Below are positions 20,073 through 29,272 of a stretch of 64,000 nt of DNA, one piece after another. Numbering within the stretch: position 1 is the stretch's first letter; every line of letters starts with the position of its first letter. A program made the translations under genes and the position numbers. The DNA comes from an uncultured virus (IMG/VR IMGVR_UViG_3300049734_000160) (taxonomy: Duplodnaviria; Heunggongvirae; Uroviricota; Caudoviricetes), in the IMG/VR virus record IMGVR_UViG_3300049734_000160; one strand, 5' to 3'. Below the pieces are notes generated by a model. The model made no database searches. It was not told where the DNA came from and saw nothing but the letters and a program-made list of their open reading frames with translations.

Positions 20073-20163
20073 TGTTGGTTGGAAAAAGCGGTGACCTTTC
20101 TAAGCGGGCGGGACTTGTATGCAGCGGGTCCCGCCTTTAATTTTGTAAGAGCTTCAAGTGCGG

Positions 20164-20192
20164 ACAATACCGCTCTAAAAAGCACCTGTCAA
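20164..20192 (-). promoter_or_regulatory. sigma70-type integrase promoter
   Basis: TTGACA-17 nt-TATTGT on the minus strand. Confidence 0.7.
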
Positions 20193-20197
20193 GCCAG

Positions 20198-20429
20198 TTT
20201 ACTGCGACACTCACTGCGACACTTTGTACCGCAAATCGGTCAAACTGACACGGTAAGCCACGGAACGCGACGAAGCAACTTTGCAATTTTGCTCAGGAAA
20301 ATTAAAGATTTGGATTGCCCGCGCTCGGGTTTGAACCGAGGGCCTTTCGCTCCGGAGGCGGAAACTCATACCGTTTTTTCTTAATAAAAACGCACAAAAA
20401 TTTTACTGCGACACTTACTGCGACACTTT
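20198..20429. mobile_element. attP: two pairs of arm-type repeats ACTGCGACACT flanking a tRNA-derived core
   Basis: tttACTGCGACACT(c/t)ACTGCGACACTtt at 20198-20225 and 20402-20429. Confidence 0.8.
20316..20360 (-). tRNA. 3' fragment of tRNA-Arg(CCG), attP core; not a complete tRNA
   Basis: CGC-CTCCGGA-GCGAA-AGGCC-CTCGG-TTCAAAC-CCGAG-CGCGGGC-A gives anticodon loop, T-arm and 3' acceptor strand; no 5' acceptor strand upstream. Confidence 0.85.
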
Positions 20430-20723
20430 TGACCCCCTGTACGGCATCCGGTCGCGTAGAATTCGGGGCGGACTCTTCCGCAATTCGCATAGCCTGGCTC
20501 ACGTACTTTTTGCTGCTGCGAGGTTGCCGCGAGATTGCCCCGCTGTGTACGCGAACGTACAAGGCTTTGCGGATCAGGTTCCCCGATTCGAGTAAGCTGT
20601 GATAGACTCCGTGCCCTGTCCTGTTGAGGAAGAGTCCGCACCCCCGCTACCGACTTTGCTTTGACGGGTTCACGTTATCCTCGTTCCCGAAATCCAAAGA
20701 CGAAAGAGAGGCAACAACATTTA

Positions 20724-21254
20724 ATGTCAGCGATATTAGAAGTGGATACCCCGCCAGAGTTGGACCAGCCGGAAACGGCGCCACTCGACAACGGCGATGA
20801 GTTGATATCCGCGTTACAAGCTGAGAACCAGTACGACATCAACAACGCCACGCTTTATGCGCGTGCGCTCCGTGGCGACATTACCGCTGTCATGGTGAAC
20901 GGCAAAAAGAAATTTAGGCGGCGTGACTTGATTGCGCTCAAGGCGACGATCAGAGAGGGCGGCCGCGGTAGGCCACGTGGCCCGCACAGAAAAGCCGTCA
21001 AAGCCAATCAAACCAAAACCGCCAAACCAAGTAAGGCACTCATCAGGGAAGAAAGGACCACACCGCACCATGTCAATGCAGTTAGCCAAGAAGCCATCAG
21101 CGACTACGAACTCGCCTACGCCCTCGGGCACACGGAAGCGTGGCTCGGGATCTACGCGGACGGCCTGGGCATATCTAAGGCCGAGCTTACCGAGCGGTTG
21201 GGGACGCTTCTTCAAGTCCAGGCGCGCGGGCGCCGGCTGGGGCCTCGCCATTGA
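20724..21254 (+). CDS. excisionase-like winged-HTH protein with AT-hook-like GRGRPRG
   Basis: INNATLYARALRGDITAVMVNGKKKFRRRDL resembles HTH_17; next to attP; GAGG...ACAACA leader. Confidence 0.5.
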   Translation: MSAILEVDTPPELDQPETAPLDNGDELISALQAENQYDINNATLYARALRGDITAVMVNGKKKFRRRDLIALKATIREGGRGRPRGPHRKAVKANQTKTAKPSKALIREERTTPHHVNAVSQEAISDYELAYALGHTEAWLGIYADGLGISKAELTERLGTLLQVQARGRRLGPRH

Positions 21255-21678
21255 ATGTCCGGTGTGTGAAGCGAAACCGCCGTCAGAAGTGAAGCCGTGG
21301 AATCGCTGGCGCTGGTTGAGCGTTCACATGGCGGCGCACAAGAGCCGGATGAAAGAGTAGCGATTAGATTGTGAGTTTGTTACAGGGCGGTCAAGTGCAG
21401 TCAAATGCCGTCAGCAGTGGACACAAATTGAGAACACCCGGAAATTTTACGGATTGCGCAATGAACACGTTAAGCGTATTCCGGTACGACGGGTTCAGCG
21501 TGAGTTTTTTGGCAATCAACGAGACGGCCCGCCTCCCCGGTGGGCTGAGGCGGACGGGGTGAGGACGTTCGCCGACAAAAGGGGCGGGAAACTGTGGGAG
21601 TTTCCCCGTCCCTAAAAACCACCACCGAAAATTGCTCTCCCCCCCTAAACGATTCGAACCGTGGGAGTGCGGTGTACT

Positions 21679-22140
21679 ATGTCTAAAATCCTTCCCTTTC
21701 CAGACCCGGGTGATCGAGCGCCAGGGCTTTACTCGATACTACAGGAGGCCTGCGGTGAACACGGGCAGAATCCGGAAGCGCGGGAGCTATTAGGCTACGC
21801 GGCGGCCCTGGCGCGGGCGGGGGCCTACTATACCGAGGATGGGCGCAAACGAATTGTCTGGATACTGCTGCGCGGGCTGGCCGGCTGGCTGTGCCGTCAC
21901 GGGGAAAGTTTTACGGATATCAATCTCGGGCTACAGGAAAGTCTCTTAAAACAGGCGCTGGTCGACGGCGGCGGTGATATCAAGGCGGCCGCCAAACTGC
22001 TGCGCATGGAACCGTGGCAACTGGCTTACCAGATCAGGCAGCGCTATCCAAAACTGAGGAAGCGAGTACGCGGCGGCCTACTACTCTCGATCGGCACCGT
22101 CGCGCTGCATGTTGTAGGTGGATTGCTACTCGTCAACTGA
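21679..22140 (+). CDS. Fis-like HTH protein
   Basis: LLKQALVDGGGDIKAAAKLLRM...LAYQI. Confidence 0.55.
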   Translation: MSKILPFPDPGDRAPGLYSILQEACGEHGQNPEARELLGYAAALARAGAYYTEDGRKRIVWILLRGLAGWLCRHGESFTDINLGLQESLLKQALVDGGGDIKAAAKLLRMEPWQLAYQIRQRYPKLRKRVRGGLLLSIGTVALHVVGGLLLVN

Positions 22141-22642
22141 CGCGCCGCGGGCGGCGGGCCTGATGGTTATTGTGGTGGGGAACTCGGTTGCCGAAGAAGT
22201 GATGCAGGATCTGGAATTCTCTTAGCTCGTCCGTTTCGAGTCCGAATCCTTCGTTGTGGCGCTGCAGCACCGCGGTGTAGCGGTCAAGCAGCGCGTCGTA
22301 AACCAGGTCGTGAATCATTTCCTCGCGCGAGACCTTGCGCAATTCGGTAATTTCATCCACGGTAACCAGGAGATCCGGGCCAATAACACTCAACGGATCA
22401 GCGTTTGGATCGCCCTCGCCGGTCAACAACCAATGCAGGTCAACTTTCGTGATTCGCGCAGTTTCAATCAGGATCTCCGCGCTCGGATAAGACTCACCCG
22501 TCATAAACTTCGTCAACGGTGATTGGCTCTTATAGCCCAATTGGCGGGCAATTTCTGCATCGCGGGCGCCGCCGAAGGCCGCGCGAAACCTTTCGGCGAA
22601 GGGCGAAATCTGTTTAATCCGAGTAGATTTATTTGACTTCAT
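22133..22642 (-). CDS. CI-like XRE-family repressor (no S24 peptidase domain)
   Basis: AEIARQLG...YPSAEILIETARITKVDLHWLLTGEG; divergent from the lytic operon. Confidence 0.85.
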   Translation of the reverse strand: MKSNKSTRIKQISPFAERFRAAFGGARDAEIARQLGYKSQSPLTKFMTGESYPSAEILIETARITKVDLHWLLTGEGDPNADPLSVIGPDLLVTVDEITELRKVSREEMIHDLVYDALLDRYTAVLQRHNEGFGLETDELREFQILHHFFGNRVPHHNNHQARRPRRVS

Positions 22643-22661
22643 TTCGCGAAGCGAGTAGTAT
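22633..22661 (+). promoter_or_regulatory. rightward lytic promoter overlapping the repressor start codon
   Basis: TTGACT-17 nt-TAGTAT. Confidence 0.65.
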
Positions 22662-22710
22662 CCACGTCACCTTATTGCGGAAAAGACCTCAGAACGCGAA
22701 AGAGTCTAGC

Positions 22711-23010
22711 ATGGAATCAGCTACCGCGATACAAGAACGTGAAAAATCTTTGGCGCTCACGGTGCGCGAGCGGTACGCCCTACTCGCTCTGCGTAACGAA
22801 ACCATCGAAGAACTGGCTCGTTCTATCGACGAGCATCAGAAGCGCGTTTCCGACACGATGAACGATACGCGCAAGAATTTCCGCATCCGGCGCAAAATCG
22901 CCAAACACTTCAATCTTACCTATGAGCGTTGCTGGGGCGAGGTCGATCCCGGCCGTGCTCGCCGCCAAGCGAAACGAAAACTACGCCTCGCATCCGTTAA
23001 GCCGGACTAA
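22711..23010 (+). CDS. Cro/Ner-like HTH protein
   Basis: TIEELARSID...RVSDTMN...IRRKIAKHF; divergent from cI. Confidence 0.7.
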   Translation: MESATAIQEREKSLALTVRERYALLALRNETIEELARSIDEHQKRVSDTMNDTRKNFRIRRKIAKHFNLTYERCWGEVDPGRARRQAKRKLRLASVKPD

Positions 23011-23022
23011 AGGAGACTCGAC

Positions 23023-23367
23023 GTGGAGGAAAAATTTATCTCTCTCGAAACGCTCGGGCACGGCGCGGCCGTTGAAATGTTCAACGACGAATTAGTGAAG
23101 GTGCTCGACAACATTTTGGATCCGAACACACCGGCCACCGCGCCGCGTTCGGTCACTTTAACTTTCAGCATCAGGCCGGACGAAGATCGCACCTATGGAC
23201 CAGGGACCATTCAAGTGGTCACGAAGCTGGCGCCGCGTAAAGGTGTCGGCGTTCCGGTCTACATCGGGCGCCGGGGCGGCCGGGCCGTAGCCACTGAGCG
23301 CGACCAGCGGCAGATGAGCTTTGGCGATGAGAATGTTATTCCGATGGGAGGACAGCATGGCGCCTAA
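23023..23367 (+). CDS. conserved phage protein (YfdP-like partner)
   Basis: GAAVEMFNDELVKVLDNILDPNT...RSVTLT...KLAP; GGAG SD. Confidence 0.65.
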   Translation: MEEKFISLETLGHGAAVEMFNDELVKVLDNILDPNTPATAPRSVTLTFSIRPDEDRTYGPGTIQVVTKLAPRKGVGVPVYIGRRGGRAVATERDQRQMSFGDENVIPMGGQHGA

Positions 23368-24118
23368 AACGAATGACCGCCCGCTCATCCCGGATGCCGC
23401 CGTCGCGGCGATTCAAGATTCAGTAAAAACCGAAATCATCAAGATTGACGGGATCGAGTACGCGACCCGTGAAGTGTTCGATCCGCCGGTCGCGGATTTG
23501 CCAAGAGCCCTACAACTAAACACGCTGTCAGGGCTGGCGGATTATATCGGCTCGGGGCTGGACGCTCACACGAGGCTCGCGATTCACGTTGTCGACCACC
23601 AGCAGGTAAACCTGGTGGGGCCGCTGGTCGATCGCGACAACCGCCGGTTTGTTTACGCCACCGCCAGCGCCGACGCCGTACTTGGACCAGCGCAATTTCA
23701 GTTTGGGCGCTACTACGAAGTCGAAGAGTTCGTGATCAAGCTCGCCACGTTATTCGAGGGCGATGATCAGTTGGCGAGGGTGTTGCAGATCGTCGGCAAC
23801 ATTAAAGAAGAGCGCGTGCGCAGCACTGAGGACGACGGCCTCTCACAGACCGTTGTGGCGCGCGCCGGCGTCGCCAGCGTGGCCGAAATTCGAGTACCGA
23901 ATCCGGTCCGGCTTAAACCCTACCGCACTTTCCGCGAAATCGAACAACCAGCAAGCCCGTTTCTCTTGCGTCTGCGTTCCGGCGACGGCGAGGAAGAGTT
24001 ACCGACCTGCGCGCTCTACGAGGCGGACGCCGGTGAGTGGAAGCTGACGGCGATCGAGCGCATCGCGGCGTTTTTCAATGAGAGATCCGAGGCGGGGCTG
24101 CCGCCGATATTGGCTTAA
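23357..24118 (+). CDS. conserved phage protein (YfdQ/DUF2303-like)
   Basis: TLSGLADYI, DDGLSQTV, PNPVRLKPYRTFREIEQP, ALYEADAGEW. Confidence 0.65.
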   Translation: MAPKTNDRPLIPDAAVAAIQDSVKTEIIKIDGIEYATREVFDPPVADLPRALQLNTLSGLADYIGSGLDAHTRLAIHVVDHQQVNLVGPLVDRDNRRFVYATASADAVLGPAQFQFGRYYEVEEFVIKLATLFEGDDQLARVLQIVGNIKEERVRSTEDDGLSQTVVARAGVASVAEIRVPNPVRLKPYRTFREIEQPASPFLLRLRSGDGEEELPTCALYEADAGEWKLTAIERIAAFFNERSEAGLPPILA

Positions 24119-24131
24119 CGAGGGGGAAGCA

Positions 24132-24446
24132 ATGCACAAGCGGGAGCCGGAAGATTGGGCCGCGGTCGCGCCGATCGTACCAGGGCAGCGGGTCTTTAAC
24201 CCCGACCAGATGCGCCTGTTACTCGGCGGGATATCAAGGAGTGCTTATTACGAAGCGCGTGATGCAGGGCTCTTGAAATTCAGCCGCACCGATCGTGGTC
24301 GCGTGCCGGTACACACGTTGGAGCAGTACGAAGAGTACATCAATTATCTCAACACAGAAGGAGAAGTTAATGGGAACACCACTGGTAGAAAGAGAAATCG
24401 GGTTCGACGTCGACGAAACGGAGACACCGAAATCGAAGAACATTAA
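24132..24446 (+). CDS. AlpA/excisionase-like DNA-binding protein
   Basis: LLGGISRSAYYEARDAGLL winged-HTH pattern. Confidence 0.6.
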   Translation: MHKREPEDWAAVAPIVPGQRVFNPDQMRLLLGGISRSAYYEARDAGLLKFSRTDRGRVPVHTLEQYEEYINYLNTEGEVNGNTTGRKRNRVRRRRNGDTEIEEH

Positions 24447-24657
24447 GCAGTACGGTTATCGCGGCTCCGATGAAAGTCTCGTGGTCGAGTTTGTGCACGG
24501 CGGCATTTATGAGTATCCGGGCCTGCCGTATGAGCTTTTCCAGGAAATGCGTGCGGCGGATTCGCCGGCGCGCTTCTTCCACGCCCGCATCAAGAACCAA
24601 TACCGAGCGCTCCGGGTAGTGTCGGTACAAAAGCAGAAAGGCGCCGAAGTCGCGTGA
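24370..24657 (+). CDS. KTSC domain protein
   Basis: SKNIKQYGY...LVVEFVHGGIYEYPGLP...ADSPARFFHARIKNQY. Confidence 0.85.
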   Translation: MGTPLVEREIGFDVDETETPKSKNIKQYGYRGSDESLVVEFVHGGIYEYPGLPYELFQEMRAADSPARFFHARIKNQYRALRVVSVQKQKGAEVA

Positions 24658-24758
24658 CCTCGACGCCTCTCTTACGAAAGGTAAAACAACAACAGGCTTT
24701 TTCTTATCACAGCCTGCCACTCAATGCAAGCTAAATGCAGCCTGAAAGGACCTGACCT

Positions 24759-25097
24759 TTGGGAATCCAAATCCTATCCGACCCCCAAAACGGAGCCGTC
24801 TTTTTTAGCTCCGGTACCGAATGGGCCTTCGGTCCCGTCATGCCCGACGCTGACGTCGCCGAAGCGTTCCTGAGATTTCTTAACCCGGCGGATCCGCGAC
24901 TGCTTGAGGACAACGAACTCGAGCGGCGCTGGTCCAAGTTTCTGCAACAACGACTTACCTGTCCCATGGAGCACACCAATGCCGGCGTGGCGAATTTTGG
25001 CGGCGGTGTCACTCATTTCTATTGCCGCGAAAAGAACTGTGACGCGGTGTGGGACCTGGAGGGCAACGCCGTCAGCGAGGACGAGGACGACGAATGA
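24759..25097 (+). CDS. hypothetical protein
   Basis: TTG start with AAGGA SD, ATGA coupling downstream. Confidence 0.55.
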   Translation: MGIQILSDPQNGAVFFSSGTEWAFGPVMPDADVAEAFLRFLNPADPRLLEDNELERRWSKFLQQRLTCPMEHTNAGVANFGGGVTHFYCREKNCDAVWDLEGNAVSEDEDDE

Positions 25098-25807
25098 CGG
25101 CCATCACCCTTGACGAAAGTCATATCTATCGCGTCTCGGGTTTAGTGACTCCCGGCGTAAACGAAATACTGCGCGGGGCGGGAGTGGTGGACGACCGATG
25201 GTTTAACGAGCAGGGGAGGTTTCGAGGATCGGTCGTTCACGCACTCTGTCAACTCGACAACGAGGGCGATCTGGATGAGTCGTGGATCGATGAGCAGGAA
25301 AACGCCACCGAGCTACACGGCTATCTACGAGCGCATCGGCGAATGAAGGAAGAGACCGGCTTTGTCGCCATCGCTTCCGAGGAACAGGTTTACTGTTCGA
25401 CGCTCAACTACTGCGGCACGCTCGATGAGCGCGGGCCGCTTAATGGCAAACCATGCCTGGCGGATATCAAGTCGGGCTCCGTCAGTCGCATCACGCGCTA
25501 CCAGACGGTGGCCTATCTCGGCTGCATGGAGCAACCCTGGCTATGGACCCGGCTGGCCGTCGCGCTCCGACCTGACGGCACTTACAAGCTCAAAGTTTAC
25601 GGACCCCAGGACTACCGCAAAGACTGGTCGCGCTGGCAATCCATTGTCGACGTGTACTACCTGCGGCGTGAACTGGGATTCATCAACGGCATCAACCAAC
25701 AACGAAAGGACAACGACAATCATGAGTGCGATAGCACCGATACCAATATCCACAATGGACCCGACGGAACTGGAGTTTGCGATGGCGATGGAGTCCTCTT
25801 CGATTGA
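25094..25807 (+). CDS. PD-(D/E)xK (Cas4-like/RecE-like) exonuclease
   Basis: H.Y...PGVNEIL, RGSVVH, YCGTLD...LADIKSG, QTVAY. Confidence 0.8.
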   Translation: MTAITLDESHIYRVSGLVTPGVNEILRGAGVVDDRWFNEQGRFRGSVVHALCQLDNEGDLDESWIDEQENATELHGYLRAHRRMKEETGFVAIASEEQVYCSTLNYCGTLDERGPLNGKPCLADIKSGSVSRITRYQTVAYLGCMEQPWLWTRLAVALRPDGTYKLKVYGPQDYRKDWSRWQSIVDVYYLRRELGFINGINQQRKDNDNHECDSTDTNIHNGPDGTGVCDGDGVLFD

Positions 25808-26465
25808 TTATTCAGTAAAGGCGCTTACGGTACGCGAGCAAGCTGAGTTGGCGCAGATCGTTGACCAGCCAACCTATGATGCGGCGGTGGCCGTGTTTAA
25901 GGGCGCGCACCGGCTGGAGCAGGAAATCATTGCGCACCATGAGCCGATGAAGAAGGCGGCCTGGGACGCTCATCGGACAGTGGTCCAACAGGAAAAGCAA
26001 CTGCTGAGCCCGATTCAGGAGGGCAAGCAAATGCTCTCGCAAAAGATCGGCACCTGGGACGCGCAGAAGAAGGCCGAAGAGGAAGCTGAGCGGCGGCGGC
26101 TGGAGAACGAAGAGCGCAAGCGGGCCGAAGAGGCGTTGTTAGCCGAAGCGGAGGCCGCGCAAGAAGCCGGGGCGAGCCAGGAGGAAGTCACCGCGATTTT
26201 AGAGGCCCCGGTGGCTACGCCTCGAGTCGCCCCGGCGCCGTCTTACACGCGAGCCGCCGGCATGCGCGCGCCGACCTACTACTCGGCGGAACTAACCTCT
26301 CTGGCGGTGCTGGTGAAAGCGGCCGCCGCCGACGCGCGGTTGCTGCCCTTCCTGCAAGCCAACATGACGGCGGTCAACGCGGCGGCGCGCTCACAAAAGG
26401 AAATGTTCAACGTCCCCGGTTTCCGACTCAAGAAGGAAACGAAGGCGGGGGTCAGTGGGAGATAA
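25722..26465 (+). CDS. coiled-coil recombination-associated protein (DUF1351/Gp157-like)
   Basis: long coiled coil, C-terminal VPGFR; strong SD. Confidence 0.55.
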   Translation: MSAIAPIPISTMDPTELEFAMAMESSSIDYSVKALTVREQAELAQIVDQPTYDAAVAVFKGAHRLEQEIIAHHEPMKKAAWDAHRTVVQQEKQLLSPIQEGKQMLSQKIGTWDAQKKAEEEAERRRLENEERKRAEEALLAEAEAAQEAGASQEEVTAILEAPVATPRVAPAPSYTRAAGMRAPTYYSAELTSLAVLVKAAAADARLLPFLQANMTAVNAAARSQKEMFNVPGFRLKKETKAGVSGR

Positions 26466-27713
26466 ATGATGAACCTCGACAAGTCAAAAATGTACGGATT
26501 GTTAGACGACCCGAACACGGGTCAGCGCCTGCAGCGGCAGGTGCGAGTTTTGAAAGTGGGTATCGGCGTTCCTTCTGGTCCTGATATCCATACGTGGATC
26601 AGCCCGCTTGACAACCAGTGGGTGATCGAGGTCGGCGATTACTCTGGCGGCAAACGGCAGGGCAAGATTACAAAGTACGGCGGTAAGCTGGAGGCGCGCA
26701 CGGCCTACATTCAGGCGCGCAAGACGGCACCCGAGCGAAAGTATCCGCGCAAGGTCCCGTATTTCACCTTTCTGCGCATGGGCGCCGACGGTAACTACGT
26801 TCACGACTTCGACGCGATCGAACAGCATGGTCCAACCCCGACCGAGATCGACATCGTGTTTCTCGACAACGACCCGCTTGACTCGGCGTTTCAGATGTTC
26901 ACGGCCGCGGAGTTGAAATGCGAAGGCAACGGTCTCGATGCGCGGCGACGCTTGTCGATGGCCGCCACGCCGGAAGAGCAGGAACTGGCGGCACAAGCAG
27001 GGGCCAGGGGCGAGAAGTTTTTCCCGATCATCAACGGTTGCTATGCGCGAGGTTGCCCGTACCCACGCGAAGGCAAATGCAAACCGCACGGCCGTCTGTT
27101 GTTTCAATTGTTGGACCGTCCGCGTATCGGTGGCGCGTGCTCATTCGACACGACGTCATACCGCTCGATTCCGCAACTTTCGTCGGGGCTGGAGCAGATA
27201 CGGACCGTGACCGGGCGCGGCAACCCCGACGCGGGTCACGTCGCGGGCATCCCGACCAAGCTCGTGCTGCGGCCCTATAAGGTCACGCACGACGGCAAGA
27301 CGTCCACGCAGTACGGCGTCTCGCTGGAGGTCCGCGCCTCCACGGCGGTCGAGCTAATTAACACGGTGATGAAGCATTCCGAAGAGTACCGGGACGCGCT
27401 ACAGCTAACTACCAGCCTGCCGGAAGATGAAGCACCGGACGCGGTGGTCGACGTTGACGCGCAGAGCGGTGATGTCTCGATGGCCTTCGAGGAATCCGAG
27501 GAAGGGATCGAGGCGGCGGCGCTCGAGGCGGAATTCTTTAGCTCCGAGCCGCCCGAGGAAAACAACTGGGAAGATCCGGTAGCCATGGAGACCGGACAAC
27601 AGGCACCCGGCGAACAGCAACCGAAGCGAACCATGCCGCGACGCAAGAGCGCGGCGGTGGCAGAAACAGAAATAACGGAAGCGCCAGCACCCGAGCAGCG
27701 CCCCGAAGCCTAA
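26466..27713 (+). CDS. phiC31 Gp3-like recombination protein with acidic tail
   Basis: CEGNG, CKPHGRLLFQL, FDTTSYRS, AGIPTKLVLRP motifs. Confidence 0.65.
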   Translation: MMNLDKSKMYGLLDDPNTGQRLQRQVRVLKVGIGVPSGPDIHTWISPLDNQWVIEVGDYSGGKRQGKITKYGGKLEARTAYIQARKTAPERKYPRKVPYFTFLRMGADGNYVHDFDAIEQHGPTPTEIDIVFLDNDPLDSAFQMFTAAELKCEGNGLDARRRLSMAATPEEQELAAQAGARGEKFFPIINGCYARGCPYPREGKCKPHGRLLFQLLDRPRIGGACSFDTTSYRSIPQLSSGLEQIRTVTGRGNPDAGHVAGIPTKLVLRPYKVTHDGKTSTQYGVSLEVRASTAVELINTVMKHSEEYRDALQLTTSLPEDEAPDAVVDVDAQSGDVSMAFEESEEGIEAAALEAEFFSSEPPEENNWEDPVAMETGQQAPGEQQPKRTMPRRKSAAVAETEITEAPAPEQRPEA

Positions 27714-27718
27714 GCACC

Positions 27719-27757
27719 AAGGCGACGGTCGGCGCCCCGGCCCACCGTCGCCTTTTT
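27719..27757 (+). terminator. intrinsic terminator
   Basis: AAGGCGACGGT...ACCGTCGCCTT followed by a T-tract. Confidence 0.8.
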
Positions 27758-27792
27758 CATTTGCCTCCCGACCTGAGATTTGGAGCAGAGGA

Positions 27793-28158
27793 TTGACTGA
27801 GAAGTTATCAGCAATTTACTTCTTCTACAGCGACTGGCTCGGCAGTAATACGCGGGCTCGCATGTCACACGTGCAGCGCGACGTCTACCTAACCCTCCTG
27901 TTTCGTTCACTTTCCGAGCAACCGGCTGGCACACTGCCTAGCACAGATGAAGAATTAGCACGTTTAGGCGATGTAAATCTCGACACCTGGCAGGACATCA
28001 AAGCACCCATTTTGGCTAAGTTTGAGAGCGATAGTAACGGTCGCATTTTCAACCCGCGCATGATGAGGGAGGTCAAGTACGCCCTCGCCAAGCGCGCGGC
28101 CGGATCTAAAGGTGGTACCGCTAAAGCCAAGCGAACACACAAGAAAGCTCACGCCTGA
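27793..28158 (+). CDS. DUF1376/YdaU-like replication initiator N-domain, short
   Basis: FFYSDWL...MSHVQRDVYLTLL...LPSTDEELARL...RIFNPRM...AGSKGG. Confidence 0.75.
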   Translation: MTEKLSAIYFFYSDWLGSNTRARMSHVQRDVYLTLLFRSLSEQPAGTLPSTDEELARLGDVNLDTWQDIKAPILAKFESDSNGRIFNPRMMREVKYALAKRAAGSKGGTAKAKRTHKKAHA

Positions 28159-28305
28159 GACATCAGCACGCAAGCCGCTGCTAACGATTCGCCAGGCAAC
28201 TTGCTACCCCATAACTAAATATGCTGCTAGCGATTTGCTAACCCGGGCGCCACCGCTCTGCTATGCCTTTCGCTACGTCTTTCCTAGGCCGTTTGGTAGG
28301 CCACC

Positions 28306-28364
<59 letters not shown>

Positions 28365-28402
28365 AAGTAAAGGAAAGAGTTAGTTACTAGATCAGGGGGA
28401 AG

Positions 28403-29272
28403 GTGAACATGGAAGCACTGCAACAGAATTTGGCGACGCCTGAACAGCAAAAAAGTCTGACCAAACCGGAGAGGAAGCGCTATGCACATCTGCGGAAGCA
28501 GGTCCGGAAATGGTGGAACGACCGACTGGCGATCGGCATGGCGCTGGCGGAGATTAAGCGGCGGACGTTCTACCGGGAAGAGTATGCGAGCTTCGAGGAC
28601 TTCTGCCAGGGCGAGTACGGCATTGAGCGCTCGTATGCGCACCGGCTGATCGAGGCTGTCAAAGTCAAGCAGTCAGTCGCGGCGTCGCCGGCCGCGAGCC
28701 AGGTAACGAACGAGGCGCAGGCGCGGGCGCTGGGGGCAGTACCGGAGGAAGAGCGCGCCGGGGTTTTGGAGGCGACGGCGGAGACGGGACCAGTGACCGC
28801 GCAGCGCATCACTGAGACTGCAGCACAAGTGGCGGCCGCGAAAGAGGAAGAGCCGAAGCAAGAACCGAAGCCGGAAACGAAAGCGGAGCCTCCGCCAAAA
28901 CGGCAGGGTCCGGTTGATAAGACCGGCTATGAAATTCCGGACATCATCCTGGCTGACTGGAAGCACGCCGAAGCGCAACGCCAGATCCTGCACCGCATCA
29001 GCGAGCTAAAGACCGAAGTTGAGCAGGCGCTACTGTCCGACGATTTCGTTTGGGCGGAAGTGTCCAACACGGTGCTGGCGGATTTGAGTAACAGCTACAG
29101 CGGTATCAGCCTGGTACTGCCTCATGCGGTGTGCCCGACCTGTCAAGGCCTTACTCGCGAACAATGCACCTTATGCGCCCACCGCGGCTTCATCAGCAAG
29201 TTTGCGTGGGACATGTATGTCCCGCGTGAGATCCGGGAACTCCGTCTGCGCTTAACAGGGAAGAAGCCATGA
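28403..29272 (+). CDS. hypothetical DNA-binding protein with C-terminal CxxC...CxxC
   Basis: IGMALAEIK...Y.SFEDFC...RSYAHRLI N-domain. Confidence 0.7.
   Translation: MNMEALQQNLATPEQQKSLTKPERKRYAHLRKQVRKWWNDRLAIGMALAEIKRRTFYREEYASFEDFCQGEYGIERSYAHRLIEAVKVKQSVAASPAASQVTNEAQARALGAVPEEERAGVLEATAETGPVTAQRITETAAQVAAAKEEEPKQEPKPETKAEPPPKRQGPVDKTGYEIPDIILADWKHAEAQRQILHRISELKTEVEQALLSDDFVWAEVSNTVLADLSNSYSGISLVLPHAVCPTCQGLTREQCTLCAHRGFISKFAWDMYVPREIRELRLRLTGKKP

Noticed and set aside
20300..20390. Complete functional tRNA-Arg gene
   Set aside because: No 5' acceptor strand or proper D-arm, and the anticodon stem has a mismatch; it is an att core fragment.
25094..25807. CRISPR-associated Cas4
   Set aside because: No Fe-S cysteine cluster or cas context; it fits a phage recombination exonuclease.
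28156..28230. Second UGA read-through extending the DUF1376 gene
   Set aside because: The frame hits TAA about 20 codons later and no clear SECIS-like hairpin follows.
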